NCBI GenBank assembly: GCA_013265495.1
Contig: MU060970.1
Coordinates: 11,485,063-11,549,062, forward strand
Length of the DNA stretch: 64,000 bases
From: Vicugna vicugna
Lineage: Eukaryota
Direction of reading: 5' to 3'
This document shows positions 49,638-60,440 of the stretch, one piece after another. Made by a program: the position numbers and the translations under genes. The notes under the pieces are model-generated. The model did no database searches. It worked only from the letters and a program-made list of their open reading frames with translations, and was not told where the DNA came from. How positions within the stretch are numbered: the first letter of the stretch is position 1; the number at the start of each line of letters is the position of its first letter.

Positions 49638-49836
49638 TGTAGAATAGATAAACAAGATTATACTGTATAGCACAGGGAAATATAAACAAAATCTTGTGGT
49701 AGCTCACAGAGAAAAAAAATGTGACAATGAATATATGTACATTCATGTATAACTGAAAAATTGTGCTCTACACTGGAATTTGACACAATGTTGCAAAATG
49801 ACTGTAACTCAATAAAAAAAATGTTTTTTTTTAAAA
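49638..49836 (+). mobile_element. Young 5'-truncated L1 3' end with perfect 16-bp TSD
   Basis: TACTGTATAGCACAGGGAAATAT..CATGTATAACTGAAAAATTGTGCTCTACAC..CAATAAAAAAA. TSD AAAAAGTTCTTTTGGA at 49622-49637 and 49837-49852. Confidence 0.9.
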
Positions 49837-52800
49837 AAAAAGTTCTTTTGGAACCATCCTGGTAGTGCCAGCTTAGACTCATCCTGTTTCACACACAGGC
49901 CTCAGGAGAGCTGATGGGAGCTGTGCACATCTGCCGGGAACTGTGCACATCTGTCGTGTATGCTGCATTATCAGCCTGGAAGAGCTGTCTTCCCTGCACC
50001 TGACTCGGGGCAGGCAAGGCACTCCCTTAAACATAATGAATGCACTGTTCTATACCTTGCAGGTAAGGACTGCTGCCTTCCCTGGCTCAGAATTCAGTCC
50101 CTCATCAGCAAATATGCACCCAACATAAAACTGAGCTACAAGTTCTAATATATACTTTGGCAGCTGATGAATATGAGACTAAAGCCGGATCTCCTCCGGA
50201 ACGACAACAAATTTTTTTGTTACTCTGAAATAAGTAATGCCATCTTCCTCAAACACAGGGCAAAGTGACTAGACACCTTGCATCATGTTTTTTTGTGCAC
50301 TTTTCACATGTAATCATGAAGTTCTTTGGTTAATACCTGAACCTTAGAGAGCCAAACAAGTATGTTTAGAAGTTTTTGGCCTAAAATAAACTCATCCCAA
50401 GGTCACTGAATTGAAAGTTTTATGACAGTGAGAAACTGGCCTTCCTTTCCCAAATCTACAGAGGGCTCTATTCGTTTCTCCCAAGAAAGGATCCAGATTA
50501 ACACTCAGGATTCCCCTCAAATACTCTGACTTTATTACAGCTCACTCCACATGGATTCTTTTCCTTTCTTCCTGTCTTCTTTATTCCCAGACCCTTGGCC
50601 ATCAGGTAATTCTGCTCCAGTGAACCAATCACAGCAACTCTAGCTGGCAGAGAGGAAGTACAAGGTTATGAACAAGATTTCAGATCATCATAGTTAGTTC
50701 CCCTCTGGTGCTCTTGTTATGGCAACAGCATACTTTTCCACAGCTGATGAGGATGATATGCAGGAAAAGAAAGGCAAAAACAGGTCTCTATGTTTCTGCT
50801 CATTCCCAAGAGCACAACTCTCCCACAAGGAAACAGTTCAGAACTTATTAAGAAATAAGGTAGCAGAAAGCATTGCATTGGCTAGCATTCTAGAGGTAGA
50901 AGAGTCTCTTTAAATGTTTGCAAACTTCCCTTTTCAGGAAAATATTCATCTTAATATAGTAGGGGAAAAAACTGGAATAGGGATCAGGACACTAAATTTG
51001 AGGCTACACACTGACTGACATTAGTTAGCTGTATGATACTAACAAGTTATTTAATTTCTCTGGATCTGTTTCTCTCAATTATAAAATGAAAGCATTAGGT
51101 TCCCTTCCAGATAGCCAGAGTGTTACAAAAGTAAAGCTGACTCTAGTAACTTTACCTTTCATTGAGGATAGTAGTAGCTTCTCAAAGGAAGAACCAAATT
51201 TCATGTCCATTCCTCCACAGGCAGATAAAACAAAACAAAATAAAATCCAAGGGTTTTTTTTGTCTTGAATTTACTCAAAAATGTTACTCTTCTTTAATAA
51301 TGAGAAAAGGTACTCTTCCAAAAAGATGAGAAATAGAAGAGGTTACAGCAAGTGTTTTCACCCACCTCTCATTTTCCAAATCAAAGGAAGGTAATTTTGA
51401 GAAACCTTCTTAAGGGTAAGAGATACCCTCTCAGGGGAAGAGATCGTAAGTTCACTATGTTGTGAATGTCCCTGCCCAGTCTGATCATTTAGGGCATTTA
51501 GCACATCATCTTATCCTGGAATGCTCTGACATGTGTATGACACTCCGGAAGGTTTCCAGAAGTTTGAGACAGGAAATTCTAATTCCTTTCCTTCCTACTA
51601 AATGGAGATTTCGAATATAAGCCTACTATCACTTTTCTAATGTTTTCAAGTCTGAAATACATGTTAGCATTTGACTCTTTACAATTTTGTTTGTTTGTTT
51701 GTTGTAGAACTAAAAAGCTTTTCTATCTCTAATCCTGACCAAGAGTTTAAGACCATTTAGAGCAAAGACTGCATTTCCTACTTTTCTCTGGTCCTATTCT
51801 GTGCAAAGCACTGCACTGGGCTCACAAAACTCATTTAAGATTAATGCAAGTGCCTAGAGGTGACCAAATAACAACGCTGGTTGGGCAGAGGAAAATTACC
51901 TGGGAAAAGAGAGGGGAAATGTAACAAGAGAAATGAATAAACCACCAGAAAATTGGAAATTTTCCAAAGGGGGGAAATTAAATCACTAAGTACTGAACAC
52001 CTAAGGAGCACTGAGTTAACTGCTATAAAATAGTGGTTAAATCCAATCCCAACAGTGCTATATCCTATAAACACATTATGTAAGTCCTCTTGTTAAAAAT
52101 TTAAAGATTACAATGTGCTCTACCAATAAATACTGGCTCAATGTAACAGATGAGCTAGGATGACAAGTATTTAAATCTGAAATCAAAAACTGTAGAAACT
52201 GTAAGGAGACAGGTTAAGTGATACTTGAGAAAGCAGTGGTGACTATGTCTGTAGGGAGATAGGGTAAATGAATTAGTATTTCTGGCAGAATCTTTCTACA
52301 CACTGTAGGAACTAATCCAGACTATGAGACAGCTTTTATCTTTAGAGCACACTTAAAAACTATGCCCATACTATAAAAGCAAGGTGGCTTGGCTATTTGA
52401 AATATGCCAAAAGGGTGCCCCTGTGGTTCTTCCCTCAGGGGGATAGATTAATATGCAGCTAAAAGCTTCATTCCATCCTCAAATAAATAATCTGAGTACA
52501 GTTACTACTATGACATATGTTCTGAACTACTGGAAGCACAGGCATTACAGAATTCACAAAGAATTCTGGGAGAAGTCATAAATCCCTTTCCATCACCTTG
52601 GAAAACATCCATTTTTTAAAAGCTGTCAGTTCAAGTTCAGGACAATTTTATCTGGAGCGGATTCTGATCTACCAAAATCTTTCATGATTAAAAGGCCAGA
52701 TTTCAGCATGCTCAGGGGCTAGCCTTGACCAGATCAGGTCAGGAGGGAGTTTTCTCTAATGACGTAAGCCACCTCACTAGAAACTTCACTGTTCTGCAAA

Positions 52801-54171
52801 AGTTAAAACTTCCTTAAGCCCAGCTTTCTGTACATATTGATTAACTTCTCCTGCCTGGGTTATTTAAAAGTCTTCCAAGGCAGCTACCCAACCCCTAAGG
52901 TGGCCAGGCTGGATTCCTCTGCAGGGCTCTCTCCTAAATTTTTATCCCCTGTTGACAAGGATGTCTTCTTGCTCTATGGGGCCTTGCTATTGTGCAACCG
53001 ATCACCGAAGCTTAACTGCAGGGGATTGGTTGGAGTACAACTGGTGAGCCCAGCCCACAGGAACGAAGCCAGCAATCTTGTAGGCAGGAGGGGCTGCCAG
53101 CAAAGCCTCAACCCTCTAGTGAGAGGCCACCCCATCACCAAAAGGCAAAGTTACAAAGTTAAAAATGAAGCACCATTCCCCTCATAATGTCCCTCAAGAT
53201 CATTCTCCAGTCTCCTCCCTCTGGAGAAAAGCCCAGTCAGGGGACAGACAACCTTTGAGCTCCCTCTTCCCGTGACCAATTAATTCAACGCTCTTCACCT
53301 CTACCCCAGTGTTCTTCCTCGTAAACAGTTCCTGGTCTACTTTGAAAAGCAATGATCAGGAACCCCGATCAAATAAAAAAATCCCACCTGTGAGGGCGCC
53401 CTCCTTGACAATGCCCTCTTCAATCTCCAAAAGCGTCACCACCAAAACTCTACCCTCAAGGGTGCCAGCGCTCCTTTCCCTGGGCTATTACTTGAGCATT
53501 TTTTAATCACTCCTCTTCCAGCCTGGGGAATCCCCCCCCCCACCCGTGAGGCCTCGTCCAGCAAAGTAAACAATGCTGTCAAAGCAGGATAACACTGGGC
53601 GAGGCTTCCAAACTCCGCATTCCAGCCTCCTCCTGGTGTTCTAAAAGCAGCAAAACAAGTCATCGCAGGGTCCCAGAAGCGAATTACTCTCCCCAACTTC
53701 CTTTCTAAAAAGTCCCGAGAGACAGCTCCAAAATCAAGCATAAATGTGCAAATACAAAATATATTAAGAGGCAGAGATAATGTGGAGTAAGTGCAAGGCC
53801 AAATGTAGGCGAATTTGCCCCGGAGCAGAAGGAGGAGGGGTAGAAGACTGGGTCGAAAGCGTAAACCTGCCACGAAGCGGTAACAAGGGCTTTTTTTCGC
53901 GACAAGAGAGCCACGTTTCCAGAGCGGGCACGCGCTGAATCTAGTTGCAGGCGACAGAGAACGCGAAGTTAAGGTTCCCGAAAGCAGTCTCAGGGGGGCT
54001 TTGTGCGCCTACAGGGGAGGGGCTTCGGTGAAGCCGGGATGGCCCAAGCGGCCCAGCGTGGACACGCCCTGAGTTAAAGGACCGTGGCGGGAAACTGAGG
54101 GGATAGCGCGGACGCGCTCGGTAGCCGGCTGCAGGCTCCGGGCGAGGGCTTCGCGGGCGGCCGGCGCTCAC

Positions 54172-54316
54172 CTCCCGGTGTGGTGGAGAAGAGCGTCCCC
54201 CCGGGCGTGGTGCAATAGTCATGAGGTAGCTGCGCGGCGTCGCTGATGGGCACGGTGCGGGTGGGGATAGCGCGGCTCTGGCTGGGCTGGTGGCCGCTGC
54301 CGGCGGACGAGGACAT
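54172..54316 (-). CDS. EIF4EBP2: EIF4EBP2 exon 1 coding part (RAIP motif, T37/T46 phosphosites)
   Basis: [48 protein letters not shown]. Donor GAG|GTGAGC, 145 nt, phase 1. Confidence 0.98.
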
Positions 54317-54506
54317 GGCTCTGGGCGCGGGCTCTCGGGCTTTGTCCCGCGGGCGGGCAGGCTGGCGGCGGCGGTGACGGCGGCGGCGGCTGGGGGCCCG
54401 GGCTGCTCCGGCTGCTCCGGCGGGCGGGGCTGGGCGTGCTCCGCTCGCTCCTCGCTTGCTTCCTCTCGCTCCCTTGTCCCGCTCCGCTCCCGCCGCCGCC
54501 CTCTCA

Positions 54507-54596
54507 GCCGCCGCCGCCGCCGCCGCCCGATCCTCCGGCCTCCGCCAGCAGCCTCAGCAGCAGCAGCAGCAGCAGCGGCAGCAGCGGCGACGACGA
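54507..54596 (-). repeat. Trinucleotide repeats in EIF4EBP2 5'UTR
   Basis: On +: (GCC)7 at 54507-54527 and (CAG)7-CGG-(CAG)2-CGG-(CGA)3 at 54555-54596. Confidence 0.9.
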
Positions 54597-55094
54597 CAAC
54601 CGGAAGCGGGCGAAGGCGGGAGCCAGAGGGAGTTCAGGAGAGATTGTCGGCCGGACGTGACGTCACGAGGGACAGGCCTGAGCGGCGGGGCGGGGCGGGG
54701 CGGGGCGGGGCGGAGAACCTTGCGGAACCAGAGCGAAGTGTTTGCGTTGTGCGAAGGTAGGCGCGGAAAACTTGTGTTTTTTTTTTTAATTGTCAGTCAG
54801 AACTACTCTACTTGAGCTGACTTCTGTTTCCTATACATCTAAACAAAACTGTAATTTTACTTTTAATTGCTCAGTATTAAATGTAGGCAATACATGCGGT
54901 GTATTAAAAAACAATCAGAGCAGAAAGGTTTCCGGTGCCACCGTCTTCCAGTTTCCCTATTGCTCTTTCCAGGATGAACCACTGTACCAGTTTATTGTGT
55001 ATCTTCTGGAGACAGTCCCTATATACAGACATAATGCAACATATAAGCATTAAGAAAAGAAAAAGAAAGAGATTAATAGCAGACCACTTGACAT

Positions 55095-55448
55095 GTCCGG
55101 TTCCTAACTGTGGTAAAAAGCATGGTTACATTGGCAAATTTGAAATCATCGATGATCACAGAGCTGGAAAAATTGTTGTGAACCTCACAGGCAGGCTAAA
55201 TCAACGTGGAGAGATCAGCCCAGATTTTACGTGCAACTCAAAGATCTAGAAAAATGGCAGAATAACCTGCTCCTGTCCTATCAGTTTGGTTTCATTGTAC
55301 TGACAACCTCATCATGGAACATGAAGAACCAAGACAAAAACATACAGGAGGGAAAATCCTTGGATTCTTTTTTTTTTTTTTAAGGGATGTAATACATACA
55401 TGCAAATAAAATGCCTCAGTGGACTCTGAAAGAAAAAATTAAAAAAAA
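55095..55448 (+). pseudogene. RPS15A: 5'-truncated processed RPS15A pseudogene
   Basis: [37 protein letters not shown], then a frameshift, then [24 protein letters not shown], a short deletion, and [12 protein letters not shown]. No introns. 3'UTR GGGATGTAATAC..AATAAA (55405-55410) and an A-tail at 55429-55448. Confidence 0.95.
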
Positions 55449-56394
55449 GAGAAAACATCTCCTACTTCTTAACAAAGGCACAGACAAAAGAACTTACGCA
55501 GCAAAGCAAATATTGTGGTTGATCAGGTCGGGCCAGGGCATGACATGGAATGGATTTGTGATGAATGTCGAGGATTCCAGGAAGAAGAGCCCCTTGCCTA
55601 CCCTGCAGTCTGGAGGTCCCCAGAGTTGGAGGGGACTGAGCTCACTCTTGAAAGTTCTCCAGGCTTTGCATATGTCAAGAAAGAAGGCACTTTCTAGAGG
55701 AAGGAAAAGGTGAGATGTTAGTTTACATCTGTGTAGAGCTTACAAAGTGCATGATTACAATATACACCCCTCCTTGATCTCTCGTTTGATTACAGATTTT
55801 GGGGTGTTGAGAGAGAACAGGGAGATCTTTCTGGCCAGAGCAGAGGGTGAAATCGGTAGGATAGTTGGACATAGAGATTGGGTCGGAGTATGGAATGAAA
55901 AGAAGTAATGACACCAGGGTATAATTTTGAAGTTTCAGGGACAGAAGAGTATTACCTATTTTTTATTCATTTTGACAGGCAGCCTGGAGTAGAGAAAGGA
56001 GATCTTCCATTAGCATGCTGTGTAACCACAGGCAAGGTACTTACACTCTCTGCACCTCATCTATAATATGGAGATAAAGTTATTACTTCACTGAGTAGTC
56101 CTGTGAGTTAAGCACAGAAGTCTTTAGCAAATAATTGCCTCCTAGCAGTCATATTGAAATTAACGGAGGGTTAGAATTTTCTTAGGACCTCTGATGTCTT
56201 CCTTTCCCAATTAGAAGGTATCATAGTCACCTGTTCTGGTTTTGAGATTAAATATGAGTGTGTATTTGTATGTATGTGTGTGTGCATGGATTTGTGTTAT
56301 GTACATGGTATGGATTTCATCACCTCTAGAAAACCCTAAAAAACCCTAAAAAAAAAGCTCACTCAGCTGATTTTTTCACAACCTGCTCCTCTTT

Positions 56395-57493
56395 TTGATA
56401 ACAGCCTTTCTGAGATTAAAATAATCAACCATAGAATTCCAGTCTTTTAAGGTATATAATTCAGTGGGTTTTAGTATATTCACAAAGTTGTGCAATCATT
56501 TCCATTATCTAATTTCAGAACATTTTGTCACACCAGAAGATACCCAGTATGCATTAGCTGTCACCCACCGTTTATTCCCAACCTCCTCAGACCCAGGCCA
56601 CCACTCATCCACTTTCTGTTTGTATAGATTTCCCTATTTTGGACATTTCCTGTAAATGAAATCATATAACATGTGGTCTTTTGTGACTGGTTTCTTCCAC
56701 TTAGCATGTTTTCATTGTTTAACCAGGTGTAGCATATATCAGTAGTTGGATCCTTTTTATGGCTGAATAATACTCTACATTGTGTTTATCCATCTNNNNN
56801 NNNNNNNNNNNNNNNNNNNNNNNNNNNNNNNNNNNNNNNNNNNNNNNNNNNNNNNNNNNNNNNNNNNNNNNNNNNNNNNNNNNNNNNNNNNNNNNNNNNN
56901 NNNNNNNNNNNNNNNNNNNNNNNNNNNNNNNNNNNNNNNNNNNNNNNNNNNNNNNNNNNNGGGGAACTTGGCATTTCTGTTTTTTTAGAGTGGCTGCACC
57001 ATTTTATATTCTCACTAGCAGTGNNNNNNNNNNNNNNNNNNNNNNNNNNNNNNNNNNNNNNNNNNNNNNNNNNNNNNNNNNNNNNNNNNNNNNNNNNNNN
57101 NNNNNNNNNNNNNNNNNNNNNNNNNNNNNNNNNNNNNNNNNNNNNNNNNNNNNNNNNNNNNNNNNNNNNNNNNNNNNNNNNNNNNNNNNNNNNNNNNNNN
57201 NNNNTTTGGAGGAATGTCTATTAAAATAATTGACCCATTTAAAAAATTGGGTCATTTGTCTTTTTATTGAGTTTTAACTGGTTTTTGTCTATTCTGAAAA
57301 CTGGAGCCTCATCAGATATATGATTTTCAAATAATTAGTCCCATTCTGTGCATTGTCTTTTCACTTTCTTGATGGTGTCCTCTGGAGCACAAAAGTTTTA
57401 AATTTCAATGAAGTCGAGTTGATCTATTTTTTTTTCCTTTGGTTGCTTGTGCATTTGGTGTCATATCTAAGAAATCATTGCTTAATCCAAGGT
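56395..57493 (-). mobile_element. L1M (L1MB-like) fragment with internal N-runs
   Basis: TTAGTATATTCACAAAGTTGTGCAATCAT.., GGTGTCATATCTAAGAAATCATTG. Confidence 0.85.
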
Positions 57494-58336
57494 NNNNNNN
57501 NNNNNNNNNNNNNNNNNNNNNNNNNNNNNNNNNNNNNNNNNNNNNNNNNNNNNNNNNNNNNNNNNNNNNNNNNNNNNNNNNNNNNNNNNNNNNNNNNNNN
57601 NNNNNNNNNNNNNNNNNNNNNNNNNNNNNNNNNNNNNNNNNNNNNNNNNNNNNNNNNNNNNNNNNNNNNNNNNNNNNNNNNNNNNNNNNNNNNNNNNNNN
57701 NNNNNNNAACAGAAAAGGTTGATTCAGAGAAGTAGGTGCTTAAAACAAACTGGATGAACTAGAATAGGCTCCAGGCTAGGCCTCCAGGAATAATCCTCAA
57801 AACCCTGCAGAATTGAGCCTCCAGGAGAGCTGCAACCTGGATGAGAGTCAGGAAGCTGAGAAATAATAAATGACTCCTCTCCCCTCTCAGCCACATTCAG
57901 AGTCAGGCAGCTGCTGCCAGACTGTCAGGTTCAAAGCCACATGGAGTCTGCTAGATCCATACCGGCTAAATAGGTACCCGGAGCAGCACTGTCTCTCTCC
58001 CCACTTCACTCAGTTCTGCTTTCAAATCTTATGTGGAGGTGTTTGATTGGTGTAACCCCAACCCCTGAAATGCATCCTGGGGGTTTTACTGCAAGGGAAC
58101 ATAATACATGCCGATTTTTAGCCTTCCAGCCTCTGCGGTGTAAGAAGACGGACCAGAAGGAAGTTAGAACAGGAGTCAAGGGCACTAATCTACGTATCCA
58201 CCATAAAAGGTAAGTCAATGTGTATAAACATTTTGTAACTGGATAATTCATTCCCATCGTTGTCCTTAACTGACCTAATTTTCTTCCTTTTAGCCCTTGA
58301 GATTAACCCTAAAAGCATCCCCTCCTTGCCTTTGCT

Positions 58337-58554
58337 CAGGGGTTAGGAAACTTTTTCTATAAAGGGCAGAGCGTAAATATTTTAGGCTTTGCAAGCCATA
58401 CAGTCTCTGTCACAAGTTTTCAAGTTTTGTTGTTGTAGCAAGAAAGCAGCCTTAGACAACATGTGAACAAACGAGCATGGATCCAATAAGACTTCATTTA
58501 CAAAAACAAGTGGCCAGCTGGGTTTGGCCTGCGGACCATAGTTTTCAGACCCTG
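58337..58554 (+). mobile_element. MER58A-like hAT DNA transposon
   Basis: Imperfect TIRs CAGGGGTTAGGAAAC and GTTTTCAGACCCTG; GTAAATATTTTAGGCTTTGC core. Confidence 0.85.
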
Positions 58555-59048
58555 TCTTTGCTTATATTGTCTATTCACTCAACACATCCTTACTGAGGAC
58601 CTGCTGTGTGTCAGTGCTTTCTAGGGGAGGAAGTATAGCAATAAATAAGACAGAGGTGCCCCCGCTCAGTGGAGCAAACATTCTGCCAGAAGTGACACTG
58701 GCCTCCCCACCTCCCCTTCCCTGCCTAACCCAGACTCCTGTTTAATACTCGGTATGGGTTGGCTTTCCTTGACTTTCCTTCCCCCAGCAAGGGTTGGTTC
58801 CTTCCCTTAGATCTCCCACAGTGCCCTGTGCACACTGAGGTCACTTGTACCAACCTTGTGGATAATGTTGTCTGCTTAAGCATCTGGTTTCCTGCAAGAC
58901 TGTGAACTACTCAAAGGGAAGAACTGGGCCCCTCCTCACGTTGAGTCATCCCTGGCCTGGCTCAGAACCAGCCTGTGGTCCGTGGTGTTGAATTAACTTT
59001 AAGGAATCCTTGTAGAGGCTGAGATATGAACATTAGACACAGTTGTGG

Positions 59049-59226
59049 GCAGTTCTGTCATAAGTGGCCTGATTCAGATGAGAATTTCTATTTATCAACT
59101 GGGTTATGGTACAATTTATGTGCACCTCTTTCAAGTATGCAGTTCTGTCATAAGTGGCCTGATTCAGATGAGAATTTCTATTTATCAACTGGGTTATGGT
59201 ACAATTTATGTGCACCTCTTTCAAGT
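59049..59226. repeat. Exact tandem duplication, 2 x 88 bp, period 90
   Basis: 59049-59136 is identical to 59139-59226. Confidence 0.95.
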
Positions 59227-59607
59227 CGATGAATTTTGACAAATGTTTACATTTCTGTAAATACCACTTCAATCAAGATCCTCTCACCCCAAAATTCCCA
59301 ATAATCACTGATCTACTGCCTATCACTACAGATTAGCTTTGCCTATTTTAAAACTTTATATAAATGGAATCCTGCTATATGTACAACATGTTTTATACCT
59401 GGCCTCTTCACACAGCACAATGTGTTGCTGCAGCAGTAATCCATTGCTTTTTGTGGCTGAGTAGTATTCCATTTATGGCTATACCACATTCTGTTTATCA
59501 GATGAGAATTTAAAGGAAAAAGATATCTCTCTGCTCTCTCCCCCAGAACCTATGGGGACTAGGAGGGTCTTGCATGGCCTCAAATATACAGGCTGTGTAT
59601 TATCTCT

Positions 59608-60440
59608 TGTAATATTGTGATTTATAATAAAAGATATATATTGATTTTCAGTCCCTGTTCCTAGCACAGAGCTCCTAAAACCCTTGGAATTTCCTAAGTG
59701 TTGAGAGTAGCAAGTGTCTTTTGTTATGTTAATGAGATGTTGGAATGCCTCTAGGTCACCTAAGGATGGGGGTTGGTCACCAGAGGAACCAACCAAGTAA
59801 TTGGAGAGTTGGAACTTTCAGTTCTACGCCACTGACCTCTGGGGAGGGGAAAGGGGCTGGAGATTGAATTCAGTCACCAATGGCCAATGATCTAATCAAT
59901 CGTGGGTAAGCAATGAAGCCTCCATAAAGAAAACCAAAATGATTTGGGGGCAGGGGTGGGGTTCACAAGAGCTTCCAGGTTGGTGAATACATGGTGACTG
60001 GGGGAGAATGGTTTGCCCAGAGAGGGCATGGAAGCTCCAAACCCTTTCCCCATATCTGGCCCTAAGCATCTTTTATATCCAGCCGTTTCTGAGTTATATC
60101 CTTTTATAATAAACCAGTAATCTAGTAAGTAAAGTGTTTCTCTGAGTTCCATGAGCCGCTCTAGCAAATTAATTAAACCCAAGGAGGAGATAACTGTAAC
60201 CTCCAGTCTATAGCCAGCTGGTCAGAAGTGTGCTGACAACCTGGACTTGAGACTGGCATCTGAACTTGGGAGGGGGTAGGGGAGCAGTCTTGTGCGACTG
60301 AGCACTTTACCTGTGGCATCTGATACTATCTCCTGGTAGTTACTGTCATAATTAAGTTGAATTATAGGGCACTCAGCTGGTGTTGGAGAATTGCTTGGTA
60401 GTGAGGAAGAAACCCACGCGTTGGAATTGGAAGCAGAATC
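59608..60440 (+). mobile_element. MER21B/C-like ERV solo LTR
   Basis: TGTAATATTGTGATTTATAATAA..CAGAGCTCCTAAAACCCTTGGAATTTCC..CACCAATGGCCAATGAT..GAGCCGCTCTAGCAAATTAAT. Confidence 0.85.

Larger units (their letters stand above)
53860..54770. promoter_or_regulatory. EIF4EBP2 CpG-island promoter
   Basis: CpG-dense. ETS CCGGAAGC (54600-54607), palindromic CRE CGTGACGTCACG (54656-54667), and (CGGGG)5 GC boxes (54686-54710). Confidence 0.9.

Noticed and set aside
54290-54815. Poly-Ala/Gln/Pro/Arg ORFs over the EIF4EBP2 promoter
   Set aside because: Translations of trinucleotide repeats in a CpG island, with no coding evidence.
59049-59226. Direct repeats as a CRISPR array
   Set aside because: Only two long units, no unique spacers, no cas genes, mammalian context.
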